Shown here one piece after another: positions 1 through 8,288 of a stretch of DNA of 64,000 bases. Source of the stretch: Candidatus Latescibacterota bacterium (GTDB lineage Bacteria > Latescibacterota > UBA2968 > UBA8231); assembly GCA_965203355.1 (NCBI GenBank), contig OZ241889.1, positions 960,001 to 1,024,000 on the forward strand. Reading direction: 5' to 3'. The notes below the pieces were generated by a model that was not told the origin of the DNA, ran no database searches, and was given only the letters and a program-made list of their open reading frames with translations. Position 1 is the stretch's first letter; each line of letters opens with the position of its first letter. The position numbers and the translations under genes are program-made.

Positions 1-1319
1 AGTTCTAGCAACCGGCGGCGCAGGGCGAGTTGCAGGGAAAACTTCCCCTGCTGCGAACTGGTGCCTGCGACCGCTAAGACGGGCACATCGACTGGGGGCC
101 ATTGCTCCGATGAAAGGAGGGTTTGTCGTATTTCTTTGGAGGACAGGGCTGGATAGTATAACCGCAAGCCCTTGGCTTCAGCCTTTTCGTACAGATCGGC
201 GTACTGTTCGTGCGGCAGTGCCAAGAGGCTGAAGATGTGGACGCCTTGGTCTATGGCGGTTTGGACTGCTTCGCGCAATAGGTCTCTTTTGCGGATGAGA
301 CTCAGTTGGTCCATATAGCCTAAAATAAGGGTGTCGGCTCCCTGTAGGGCGGCGGCCAGACTGGGCGCAATGGACAGGCCCGCTGGCGGCAGGCCAATGG
401 CCTCGCCAGCATCTTGACCGACCAAGCCCTTGCCGACCGGATCGCCTACGCCGACGATCTCAAAGCCGAGCAGGTCGCGCCCGCGCACCAGCGAGTGCAT
501 CTCCTTGTTGTAGGGATAGAGGGCGGCTTTCTGAATGTAGGTGAACGAGCCCTCGGGACGGGGCCGAGAAGCGATTTTAGGTGCGGGGGTACGGGTGGGT
601 TCGGGAAGAGCGTGAGCGCGGAGGATTTCGCGCACCTGTGCTAGGCTCGCGCCGGGCTTGGCTTGGCGGATGAGGGCAAGCAGGCCGGTGATGTGGGGCG
701 CGGCAAAGCTGGTGCCCGCCAGCATGATCTCAGGCGGCTCCAGCCAACACACTCGCTGGAGGTCGCCCCGGGCTATGCACTCGACAGCGTCTCCTTGGCG
801 ATAGTTGTAATCGTATAGATTCTGCAATGGCCCCGCGCCCACGCCGATGACTTGGGGCAAGTGGGTTGGATAGCTCTCGCGGCCTTCTTGGTGATCGGCG
901 GCGACCATTAGAATGCCTTGATCGGCGGCTTGTTGGCAGACGCGGGCCAAAGTGTCTCGCATCGTTACCTCGGTGGTGCCCAAGCTCAGGTTGATGATGT
1001 CCATACCCTGTTCTATGGACCATTTGATGGCTGCGATTAGCAAGCGGCTATCGGCTTGAAGCGATTCGTCGAAGATACGCACACTATACAGAGCCGCTTG
1101 GGGTGCTTTGCGGCGAATGATACCGGCGCAGGCCGTGCCGTGGCCGGCGCAATCGGCGTGGGCGGCACTGTAGTGAATCACGCTGTCTCTGTCTGGCCCG
1201 ATAGTGATGGCGATACCACCAGCCACCGGGCCGATTTTGGGATGATTGGGTACGAGGCCGCTATCGACGATGGCGATCTTGACGCCGTGGCCGGTCTGGT
1301 CGGCAAAGGGAAAGCTCAT
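1..1319 (-). CDS. S8 (subtilisin-like) peptidase fused to a C-terminal DUF1611-like P-loop domain; 3' end beyond window edge
   Basis: Manual translation from ATG at 1319 (ATGA overlap with the rhodanese stop): MSFPFADQTGHGVKIAIVDSG...HGTACAGII...INLSLG...GTSFAAPHITG (D/H/S triad), then KAALYPYNKEMHSL...VLAVAGTSSQQGKFSLQLALRRRL. Open to base 1; not in ORF track. Confidence 0.9.
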   Translation of the reverse strand, partial: MSFPFADQTGHGVKIAIVDSGLVPNHPKIGPVAGGIAITIGPDRDSVIHYSAAHADCAGHGTACAGIIRRKAPQAALYSVRIFDESLQADSRLLIAAIKWSIEQGMDIINLSLGTTEVTMRDTLARVCQQAADQGILMVAADHQEGRESYPTHLPQVIGVGAGPLQNLYDYNYRQGDAVECIARGDLQRVCWLEPPEIMLAGTSFAAPHITGLLALIRQAKPGASLAQVREILRAHALPEPTRTPAPKIASRPRPEGSFTYIQKAALYPYNKEMHSLVRGRDLLGFEIVGVGDPVGKGLVGQDAGEAIGLPPAGLSIAPSLAAALQGADTLILGYMDQLSLIRKRDLLREAVQTAIDQGVHIFSLLALPHEQYADLYEKAEAKGLRLYYPALSSKEIRQTLLSSEQWPPVDVPVLAVAGTSSQQGKFSLQLALRRRLLE

Positions 1320-1816
1320 GGGTTTGTCTCCGCATCTATGGCGATCGGGAATCCGGCTGCCTGCCAAGCCGGCCAACCGCCCGTCAGAACATAGCCGTCA
1401 TCGCGAATCGACTCTTTGACCAGCCGTTTGGCGAGCGCGTAGCTACTCCGGCAACCGCCTCCTGAGCAGTAGGTGATGACTTGGACATTAGCCGGATAAG
1501 CCGCTAACATCTGACGCAGGCTATTTGTGGAAGCATGGGAAGGAACACGTAAAGCACCGGGGATGTGACCGGCCTCATAAGAGTGTGCTGAGCGTGCGTC
1601 CACAAACACGGCGTCGCCGCGGTCGAAAGCCTGTTTGGCCTCGGTCGCAGAGAGCCGGTGAATGCCCTGCATTGCGGAGGAACTAAGCGTTGTATTGGCC
1701 TCTAGGACATCCAACGACAGAGCGGGCTGCACGGTATAGAACCAGATGGCGTACACGCCGCCGGCCAGTACGGCCAGCGAGAGGATTAGACCCATTCTGA
1801 TCAGAAGGCGACTCAT
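1316..1816 (-). CDS. Membrane-anchored rhodanese-like domain protein
   Basis: N-terminal TM helix, VFVDAR...YEAGHIPGA, active-site loop YCSGGGC, LTGGWPAW. Confidence 0.9.
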   Translation of the reverse strand: MSRLLIRMGLILSLAVLAGGVYAIWFYTVQPALSLDVLEANTTLSSSAMQGIHRLSATEAKQAFDRGDAVFVDARSAHSYEAGHIPGALRVPSHASTNSLRQMLAAYPANVQVITYCSGGGCRSSYALAKRLVKESIRDDGYVLTGGWPAWQAAGFPIAIDAETNP

Positions 1817-1827
1817 GCGATTCGCTC

Positions 1828-3561
1828 CTAGGCAGCCTCTTGTTGATGGTGAACAAACTGTGCGTAATAGCCCGACCTTTGGCGCAGCACGCCCGGCGGC
1901 CCCTGCTCGACTACGTGCCCGTTAGACAAGCAGATCACTTCATCTACGCCTTGTACCGCACTGAGTCGGTGGCTGATTAAGAGAATCGTTTTGTCGTGGC
2001 ATAGGTGCTGGATATGCTGAAAGAGGACTTCTTCGCTTTCAGCGTCGAGTGCGGCGGTGGCTTCGTCCAAAATCATCAGGTCCACCGGCTGCAACAGGGT
2101 ACGGGCTAGGGCGATGCGCTGCTTTTGGCCACCGGAGAGTTGTACGCCCTGTTCGCCGATTTTCGTCTGCCGGTCCAAGCCATCCAGTCCTACTTGATTG
2201 ATCACATTTTCGACTCTGGTCGGTTCGCACTTGAAGTTGCCGTAGTGAATATTGTCCCAGACCGTGTCGTTAAATAGGTGGACTTGTTGGCTGACGAAAC
2301 CAATGTGTGCTCTCAGTTCACGTAGGCTGATCTTTTCAAGTGGTGTACCATCTATAAGGATGCGGCCTTGATCGGGCTGATAGAACCCGCACAACAGATT
2401 CGCCAGCGTCGTCTTGCCGCTGCCACTCATGCCAACTAAGGCGTAACTCTTGCCCTTGACGAGCTTCAGGTTCACGCCTTGTAAGACAGGTTGGTCGTCG
2501 AAGCGGAAGTGGATGTCTTGCAATTCAATGGCGCGTTGATAGACGAAGGGTTTGCGCCCGGTGTGAATCGCCTCTTGAGTGGGCAACTGCATGAATTCCA
2601 GCACTCGGCGCATGGAGACTAAGCCGCGCACTAAGTCCATGTACAGATTGTGCAGTCCGCTCACCGGGCCAAACAGACGCGAGGTGTACTGTATAAAGGC
2701 AATGAGCGTTCCGATTGTCATGGCGCCCTGCATTACTTGATAGCCGCCCCAGCCCATGATGAACGCAGGCGTTAGAGCCACTAACCCCGCCGAGATGTTG
2801 TGCATAGACGAGGAGTATAGCACGTTGCGCATGGAGAACGAGATCAAGTCGTTGAGGGCCGATCTAAAGAGATACTTCTCGTGGCCATCGCTGTTGGAGA
2901 GTTGAATCAGCGGGATGTGGCTAAACCGCTCGATGGAATAGCTGGAGAGTTTGGCACTTTGTTGCTGAATGGATTCGACGACCTTTCTGATTTTAGGCTG
3001 AAAGTGGAGTAGGTTGGCCACAAACAGGGGGAGGACCAACACAGAGAGCAGAAACAAGGTGACGTCTAGCCAGCACAAGATCGCCACGAGGCCGATTAAG
3101 GTTAGTACACTATGTAGGAAACTCAGGGCACTTGCCGTCAGCACCGATTGGATTACGCCCACGTCGCTGTTGAGGCGAAAGACGATGTCGCCGACGGTCT
3201 GTCGATTGTGGAAGCTGAGCGGCAAGCGAATGAGGTGTTGGAATAACTCGACGCGGATGTTGCGGACGATGCGTCTGCCGGCCCAAGCATACAGATAATC
3301 AGAAGTGAAGGATAGGATCAAGTGGGTGATGGTGATGCCGATCAAGATGGCGAGGGCAACCAACAGCGGTTGGAGCTGTTTGGCTGGTACAATCTTATCA
3401 ATGATGATTTTTAAGATGTAAGGGGGTGCGAGTGAGCCGATTGTGATGCACAATACGCAGAATAGTACCACAATCCCCTGAAACCAGTACGGAGTTAGAA
3501 AGGGTAGAAAGAAGCCGATGGCGGAACGGGCTGTTTTGGGCGCAGACATGAGAAACCTCAA
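1828..3561 (-). CDS. ABC exporter, fused permease/ATPase (no C39 peptidase domain)
   Basis: TM domain plus Walker A GMSGSGKT, signature LSGGQKQR, Walker B MILDEAT. Confidence 0.95.
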   Translation of the reverse strand: MRFLMSAPKTARSAIGFFLPFLTPYWFQGIVVLFCVLCITIGSLAPPYILKIIIDKIVPAKQLQPLLVALAILIGITITHLILSFTSDYLYAWAGRRIVRNIRVELFQHLIRLPLSFHNRQTVGDIVFRLNSDVGVIQSVLTASALSFLHSVLTLIGLVAILCWLDVTLFLLSVLVLPLFVANLLHFQPKIRKVVESIQQQSAKLSSYSIERFSHIPLIQLSNSDGHEKYLFRSALNDLISFSMRNVLYSSSMHNISAGLVALTPAFIMGWGGYQVMQGAMTIGTLIAFIQYTSRLFGPVSGLHNLYMDLVRGLVSMRRVLEFMQLPTQEAIHTGRKPFVYQRAIELQDIHFRFDDQPVLQGVNLKLVKGKSYALVGMSGSGKTTLANLLCGFYQPDQGRILIDGTPLEKISLRELRAHIGFVSQQVHLFNDTVWDNIHYGNFKCEPTRVENVINQVGLDGLDRQTKIGEQGVQLSGGQKQRIALARTLLQPVDLMILDEATAALDAESEEVLFQHIQHLCHDKTILLISHRLSAVQGVDEVICLSNGHVVEQGPPGVLRQRSGYYAQFVHHQQEAA

Positions 3562-4250
3562 ATATCGGTCAAAATGTGGTTGCCGTTTATGATTTCTAGT
3601 AGAGACACGCCCTCCAGTTTGCTCAGCGGCGAGTCAGTGAAGCTAGCGGTTTTAACGTTGCGTGCTGGTAGGTGGGTAGAGACGAGTTTCCAGAAGAAGA
3701 GTTTGGTGAATTGTTCTCTGCCTGCTAATGGGTAGTGGTATTGGATAATGGTTTGGCGTTCGTCGATGAGAAAGATCGCCGGCGTCTGCTCAAAGAAATC
3801 TGCATACTTTTTTTGATCGTTCACTCGCATAGTTCCCAAGTGGTATTTGAGCTTGAATGCTCGTGCAAATTGAGCGGCAGCCGATGGCATAGAGGACAGG
3901 GCGTATATGGGTAACTGGTCGGGGTCTTCTATATGGTCATACACATGTTGTAGGGTCTCTAACACCAGCTCTAAGCATGGCTGACAGGAGGTGGGATCGA
4001 AGAGTAATACTAAGCCACCTTGAGTTTTGGCGAAGTCAGTGTGAGCGGTCTCGCCATCGACTTGGAAGGAAATCACGGGGAAAGACTGACCGATCCAGCG
4101 GTCGGATTTGAAGATGTTGATTACATAATCGCGGTAGTTTTGCACATCCACGACATAGGTCTTACTGAACCAAGCTACAACGACGGTCAAAGCGACGAGT
4201 TGTAAGAGGTTCGTAGCAGCCAATAGCTTTATTAAGGTCCTTTGTCTCAT
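3558..4250 (-). CDS. Membrane-anchored thioredoxin-fold/redoxin protein
   Basis: N-terminal TM helix, LVLLFDPTSCQPC (CxxC), TPAIFLID cis-Pro-like motif. Confidence 0.7.
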   Translation of the reverse strand: MRQRTLIKLLAATNLLQLVALTVVVAWFSKTYVVDVQNYRDYVINIFKSDRWIGQSFPVISFQVDGETAHTDFAKTQGGLVLLFDPTSCQPCLELVLETLQHVYDHIEDPDQLPIYALSSMPSAAAQFARAFKLKYHLGTMRVNDQKKYADFFEQTPAIFLIDERQTIIQYHYPLAGREQFTKLFFWKLVSTHLPARNVKTASFTDSPLSKLEGVSLLEIINGNHILTDI

Positions 4251-4314
4251 GGTCTCTGTCCCCTATTGTCAAATGGCATCAACGGATAGGTAATGTGTCC
4301 AGTACGCATGTGAT

Positions 4315-5529
4315 CTAATGAGGTTGAAAGACAAGTTCGTGGATCTCCACGGTGCCATTGGAGTCCTCTTCTCTTCCCGGTAGAGGCGATTGATAGGAGT
4401 ATAGACAACCGTCCCAATGCGTAAGGTCGTTTCCAATAAAAGATTGCATAGCCTCTTCAAAAGCATAGGCTTTGATCCGGTTTGGTGTCTTTAGGTCATA
4501 GACGATTCCCTCCCATTTAATCGCGCCTCCGGCTAGAAAGTCAGAGATAGAGGAGGGATGCATGTAGGCAACAAGAATGTACTGGTCCTGCACGAGCACT
4601 ATAGATTGCACTTCACTCATTTTACGGTCCAATTGGCTTATTTCCTCGGTGGTTTTATCCTCAAAGCTGTAGTAGCGCTCCGGCAAGGGACGATACTTCT
4701 CTAGTTGATAGCCGAACTGACGTATCAGCCGACCTGTGTCCGGATCGATTGCTGTGACTTTGTAGTCATTTCTTTTTATATAGTACAACTGATGTCGAGT
4801 CGGACTATAGGCTAAAGAACCGCTGGCCATGAAAGATGGTTGGCCAGTGAACAATGGAATGCGATAAATAGGTTCGTATTTTGCCGAGGTTGCCGGTTCG
4901 AACCGCTGCAATTCTACGATATGGCCACTATCGCTAGTTGAACGGGTCACTCTCGTCAAGTACACTGCGCCGTCTCGTCCAGTGACAATCCGAGCCGCCG
5001 ACGACGTACTAAAACGGGGAGACCGGTCTAAGAACTGCCCCTGCCGATCATAGCGGTGTAAGTATCCTGCCGATCTATCGAGAATGTAAAGATGGCCTTG
5101 GGGGGTTATGGCCATATTGTTAGGGGTACCATATTCTCCCGGTCCCATTCCTCGCTTTCCAATGGATCGGATATACTGGCCGTCCGAGATGCTGAATTCA
5201 AAGGCTTGGTCAACGATAAAGTCCGAGAGTAACAGAGTGCCCTCTGGGGAGAATCCCATCCAGTGCACACCGCTGATGGCGGGGGTATCCTCGTCATAAG
5301 CCAATTCGACTTTCCCTTTCAAGACCAGGTCGACCTGGCCGACATACTCGACCGGCACTTGGGGGATGGTCGACTCGTCAGATGCTCCTGAGCTATCATC
5401 TGCGGACCATGCGACACTTTCCTTGATGTTGTCCCATAGCCCGGCGTCGGCTGATTGAACCGGGAAGGCGAGGACGCTGGCGACGAACAGGAGGCGGCTA
5501 TTGAGCAGGATGGAGTGTGCGGTTTTCAT
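4315..5529 (-). CDS. Secreted 6-bladed beta-propeller (NHL/DUF5128-like) protein, copy B
   Basis: RBS AAGGAG before ATG at 5529; signal peptide ending ADA|GLW; IGKRGMGPGEY motif; paralog of 6008-7264. Confidence 0.85.
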   Translation of the reverse strand: MKTAHSILLNSRLLFVASVLAFPVQSADAGLWDNIKESVAWSADDSSGASDESTIPQVPVEYVGQVDLVLKGKVELAYDEDTPAISGVHWMGFSPEGTLLLSDFIVDQAFEFSISDGQYIRSIGKRGMGPGEYGTPNNMAITPQGHLYILDRSAGYLHRYDRQGQFLDRSPRFSTSSAARIVTGRDGAVYLTRVTRSTSDSGHIVELQRFEPATSAKYEPIYRIPLFTGQPSFMASGSLAYSPTRHQLYYIKRNDYKVTAIDPDTGRLIRQFGYQLEKYRPLPERYYSFEDKTTEEISQLDRKMSEVQSIVLVQDQYILVAYMHPSSISDFLAGGAIKWEGIVYDLKTPNRIKAYAFEEAMQSFIGNDLTHWDGCLYSYQSPLPGREEDSNGTVEIHELVFQPH

Positions 5530-5620
5530 AAGGCGGTTCTCCTTGACCAACAGTTTCAACGAAGACTTGTACCTTGTTGGGCGTCAGTGAATTGTATGCG
5601 ATTTCGTCAACCACGGTTGC

Positions 5621-5656
5621 AGTACTCCGACCCCGGTTAGTTGGGGCCGGAGTACT
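5621..5656 (-). terminator. Stem-loop downstream of precursor B (attenuator or mRNA stabiliser)
   Basis: mRNA AGUACUCCGGCCCC-8 nt loop-GGGGUCGGAGUACU, 14-bp stem with one G-U pair; no U-tract. Confidence 0.7.
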
Positions 5657-5688
5657 TAGGACCGGGGTATGGGTTCTGGCGTAGGGCA

Positions 5689-5895
5689 TTACTTCACGAA
5701 ACAGACCTTAGTGTCGCCTTCGCCGCAGTCGTTTCCTTCTGCGTAATGGCATCCGTAATACTTGGCAAGGCAGGGGTCGCCACCGCAGGTGGTATTTTCC
5801 ACGCGGTACGGTGCCACGTCCCATTCGCCTTCCGTCACGTAGGCTTGGATGAGGAACCTACGCCTCACTGGGGTTTTCTTGCTGAGATTTGTCAT
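5689..5895 (-). CDS. Cys-rich putative RiPP/peptide precursor B (68 aa)
   Basis: RBS AAGGAG; basic leader MTNLSKK...IQAY; core with 5 Cys; paralog of 7360-7569. Confidence 0.85.
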   Translation of the reverse strand: MTNLSKKTPVRRRFLIQAYVTEGEWDVAPYRVENTTCGGDPCLAKYYGCHYAEGNDCGEGDTKVCFVK

Positions 5896-6007
5896 GGGAT
5901 TACTCCTTGGCGAAGCTCATAAATGAGCAGTGTGTGAAAAAGGAAACCAGAACCCATACCTTCTGGTGTGCAAAAGATAGATCGCCGACATGATAGGCTG
6001 GTGTGGT

Positions 6008-7264
6008 TTAATGAAGTTGAAAGACGGGTTCGTAGATCACCACGGTGCCATTGGAGTCCTTTTCCCGCCCCGGTAGCGGTGATTGATAGGAGTATAAACG
6101 ACCATTCCAATGCGTAAGTTCGTTTCCAATGAAACGATGAAAACGAACTATGCTGCTATCCGTAGGGTCAGGATATGATTGAATAGCCTCTTCAAAAGCA
6201 TAGGCTTTGATCTGGTTTGGTGTCTTTAGGTCATAGACGATTCCTTCCCATTTGAGTGCGTTATTGGCTAAATCGTCGAAGACGGAGGGATGTAGGTAGG
6301 TAACGAAAATGTACTGGTCCTGCACGAGCACCATAGATAGCACAGAACTCATTTCACGGTCCAATTCGCTTATTTCCTCAGTGGTTTTAACCTCAAAGTT
6401 GTAGTAGCGCTCTGGTAAGGGACGATACTTCTCTAGTTGATAGCCGAACTGATGTATCAGGCGACCTGTCTCTGGGTCGATTACTGTGACTTTGTAATCA
6501 TTTGTTCCCATGTAATACAACTGATGTCGCGTCGGGCTGTAGGCTAAACGGGTGTAACCGGACATTTTTTGGGAGATGAAAGACGGTTGGTTAGTGGACA
6601 ATGGAGTGCGATAGATGGGTTCGTATTTTGCCGAGGTTGCCGGTTCGAGCCGCTGCAATTCTATGATATAACCACTAGGTGTCCTAACTGATCTCGCTAA
6701 GTACACTGCGCCGTCTCGTCCGGTGACAATCCGAGCCCCTTTAGAAAAGTGAGGAGACCGGTCTAAGAACTGCCCCTGCCGGTCATAGCGGTGTAAGTAT
6801 CCTAACCCTTTATCGAGAATATAAAGATAGCCTTGGGGGTCTATGGCCATATTGGTAGGGAAACCATATTCTCCCGGTCCCGGTCCGTACTTTCCAATGG
6901 AGCGGATGTACTGGCCGTCCGCGATGCTGAATTCAAAGGCTTGGCGACCGACAGCATCCGAGAGTAGCAGAGTGCCTTCTGGGGAGAATCCCATCCAACC
7001 CACATTGCCGATGCCGGGGGTATCCTCGTCATAAGCTAGCTCGACTTTCCCTTTCAAGACCAGGTCGACTTGGCCGACATACTCGACCGGCACTTGGGGG
7101 ATGGTCGGCTCGTCAGATGCTCCTGAGCTATCATCTGCGGACCATGTGACACTTTCCTTGATGTTGTCCCATAGCCCGGCGTCGGCGGGTTGAACCGGGA
7201 AGGCGAGGACGCTGGCGACGAACAGGAGGCGGCTATTGAGCAGGATGGAGTGTGCGGTTTTCAT
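6008..7264 (-). CDS. Secreted 6-bladed beta-propeller (NHL/DUF5128-like) protein, copy A
   Basis: RBS AAGGAG before ATG at 7264; signal peptide; IGKYGPGPGEY motif. Confidence 0.85.
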   Translation of the reverse strand: MKTAHSILLNSRLLFVASVLAFPVQPADAGLWDNIKESVTWSADDSSGASDEPTIPQVPVEYVGQVDLVLKGKVELAYDEDTPGIGNVGWMGFSPEGTLLLSDAVGRQAFEFSIADGQYIRSIGKYGPGPGEYGFPTNMAIDPQGYLYILDKGLGYLHRYDRQGQFLDRSPHFSKGARIVTGRDGAVYLARSVRTPSGYIIELQRLEPATSAKYEPIYRTPLSTNQPSFISQKMSGYTRLAYSPTRHQLYYMGTNDYKVTVIDPETGRLIHQFGYQLEKYRPLPERYYNFEVKTTEEISELDREMSSVLSMVLVQDQYIFVTYLHPSVFDDLANNALKWEGIVYDLKTPNQIKAYAFEEAIQSYPDPTDSSIVRFHRFIGNELTHWNGRLYSYQSPLPGREKDSNGTVVIYEPVFQLH

Positions 7265-7291
7265 AAGGCGGTTCTCCTTGACCAAAATTGC

Positions 7292-7327
7292 AGTGCTCCG
7301 ACCCCGGTTGGTTGGGGCCGGAGCACT
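7292..7327 (-). terminator. Stem-loop downstream of precursor A
   Basis: Plus strand agtgctccgacccc-ggttggtt-ggggccggagcact; compensatory change relative to 5621-5656. Confidence 0.7.
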
Positions 7328-7359
7328 TAGGACCAGGGTATGGGTTCTGGCGTAGGGAA

Positions 7360-7569
7360 TTACTTCGTGAAGTGGACCTTAATATCTCCTTCGCTGCACT
7401 CACTTTTCTCTGGGTCCCTATGGCATCCGTAGTACTTGGCAAGGCAGGGCTCGCCATCGCAGATAGCACGTGTCACGAGGAACGGATTCACGTCCCACTC
7501 GCCTTCCATCGCGTAGGCTTGGATGAAAAGCCTGCGCCTCACTGGGGTTTTCTTGCTGAGCGTTTTCAT
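7360..7569 (-). CDS. Cys-rich putative RiPP/peptide precursor A (69 aa)
   Basis: RBS AAGGAG; leader MKTLSKKTPVRRRLFIQAYA; core with 4 Cys. Confidence 0.85.
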   Translation of the reverse strand: MKTLSKKTPVRRRLFIQAYAMEGEWDVNPFLVTRAICDGEPCLAKYYGCHRDPEKSECSEGDIKVHFTK

Positions 7570-7676
7570 AGGATTACTCCTTGGCGAAGCTCATAAATGA
7601 GCGGTGTGTGAAAAAGGAAACCAGAACCCATACCTTCTGGTGCACAAAAGATGAATCGCCGACATGGTAGGCTGTG

Positions 7677-7800
7677 TACCACGTTTTGTCTCCCGCGCGA
7701 ATCTCGTTCCACAACCCAGCGTTGGCTGGCACAGCCGTGCTGCCGAGGCAAGGAAGCGGGCGGCGAGTACCATGTGAATGTTTGAGAATGTGGTTTTCAT
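7677..7800 (-). pseudogene. Frameshifted, truncated N-terminus of a third propeller-like secreted protein
   Basis: RBS AAGGAG + MKTTFSNIHMVLAA, then in a shifted frame CLGSTAVPANA|GLWNEIR, matching propeller PADA|GLWDNIK. Confidence 0.6.
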
Positions 7801-8108
7801 CAGGCTGTGCTCCTTTTGTTATTAATAAAAGTAGCGATTGTCGTGGCACTTCGGTATCGGGTGATCACCTGATTTTTGACTAATTCTTATCGGGTGATCA
7901 CCTGATTTTTTGAAAAAACGCCTGATGTGATCTTGTCTGGCGGCGAGTAACACGTGGATGTTTGAGAATATGGTTTTCATTAGACTGTGCTCCTTTTGTT
8001 ACTAATAAAAGTAGCGATTGTCGTGGTGCTTCGGTATCGGGTGATCACCTGATTTTTGACTAATTCTTATCGGGTGATCACCTGATTTTTTGAAAAAAAT
8101 GCCTGATA
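7760..8108. repeat. Two direct copies (period 180 bp) of promoter + RBS + gene start
   Basis: ~7760-7927 is nearly identical to ~7940-8108. Confidence 0.95.
7856..8086. promoter_or_regulatory. Four identical 18-bp near-palindromic operator boxes ATCGGGTGATCACCTGAT
   Basis: At 7856-7873, 7889-7906, 8036-8053 and 8069-8086; 33-bp spacing within each pair; adjacent to a LuxR-family regulator gene. Confidence 0.8.
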
Positions 8109-8288
8109 TGGGCTTGTAGCCGAGGTTTGGCGGACTTGTCTGTGCGCCTTTGGACTCCGCTCGTGCGCCAAGAGCGTAGGCATAGCTAGGTGAATCTACT
8201 TAGTACAGGCTGTAAGGTACAGGGCGCAGAGAAAGAGGGAGGGCGAGGCCGTTCTGGGGACTAGTGGTGATTGGGACTGCCACGCCGC

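Larger units (their letters stand above)
4315..7676. repeat. Tandem duplication of a ~1.7-kb unit (5' UTR + precursor + stem-loop + beta-propeller)
   Basis: 4315-~6000 and 6008-~7676 align throughout, including near-identical ~100-bp UTRs (5896-6000 vs 7570-7673). Confidence 0.95.

Noticed and set aside
7760-8108. Four 18-bp boxes as a CRISPR array
   Set aside because: Spacers are duplicated rather than unique and spacing alternates 33/147 bp; better explained as operators in a duplicated promoter.
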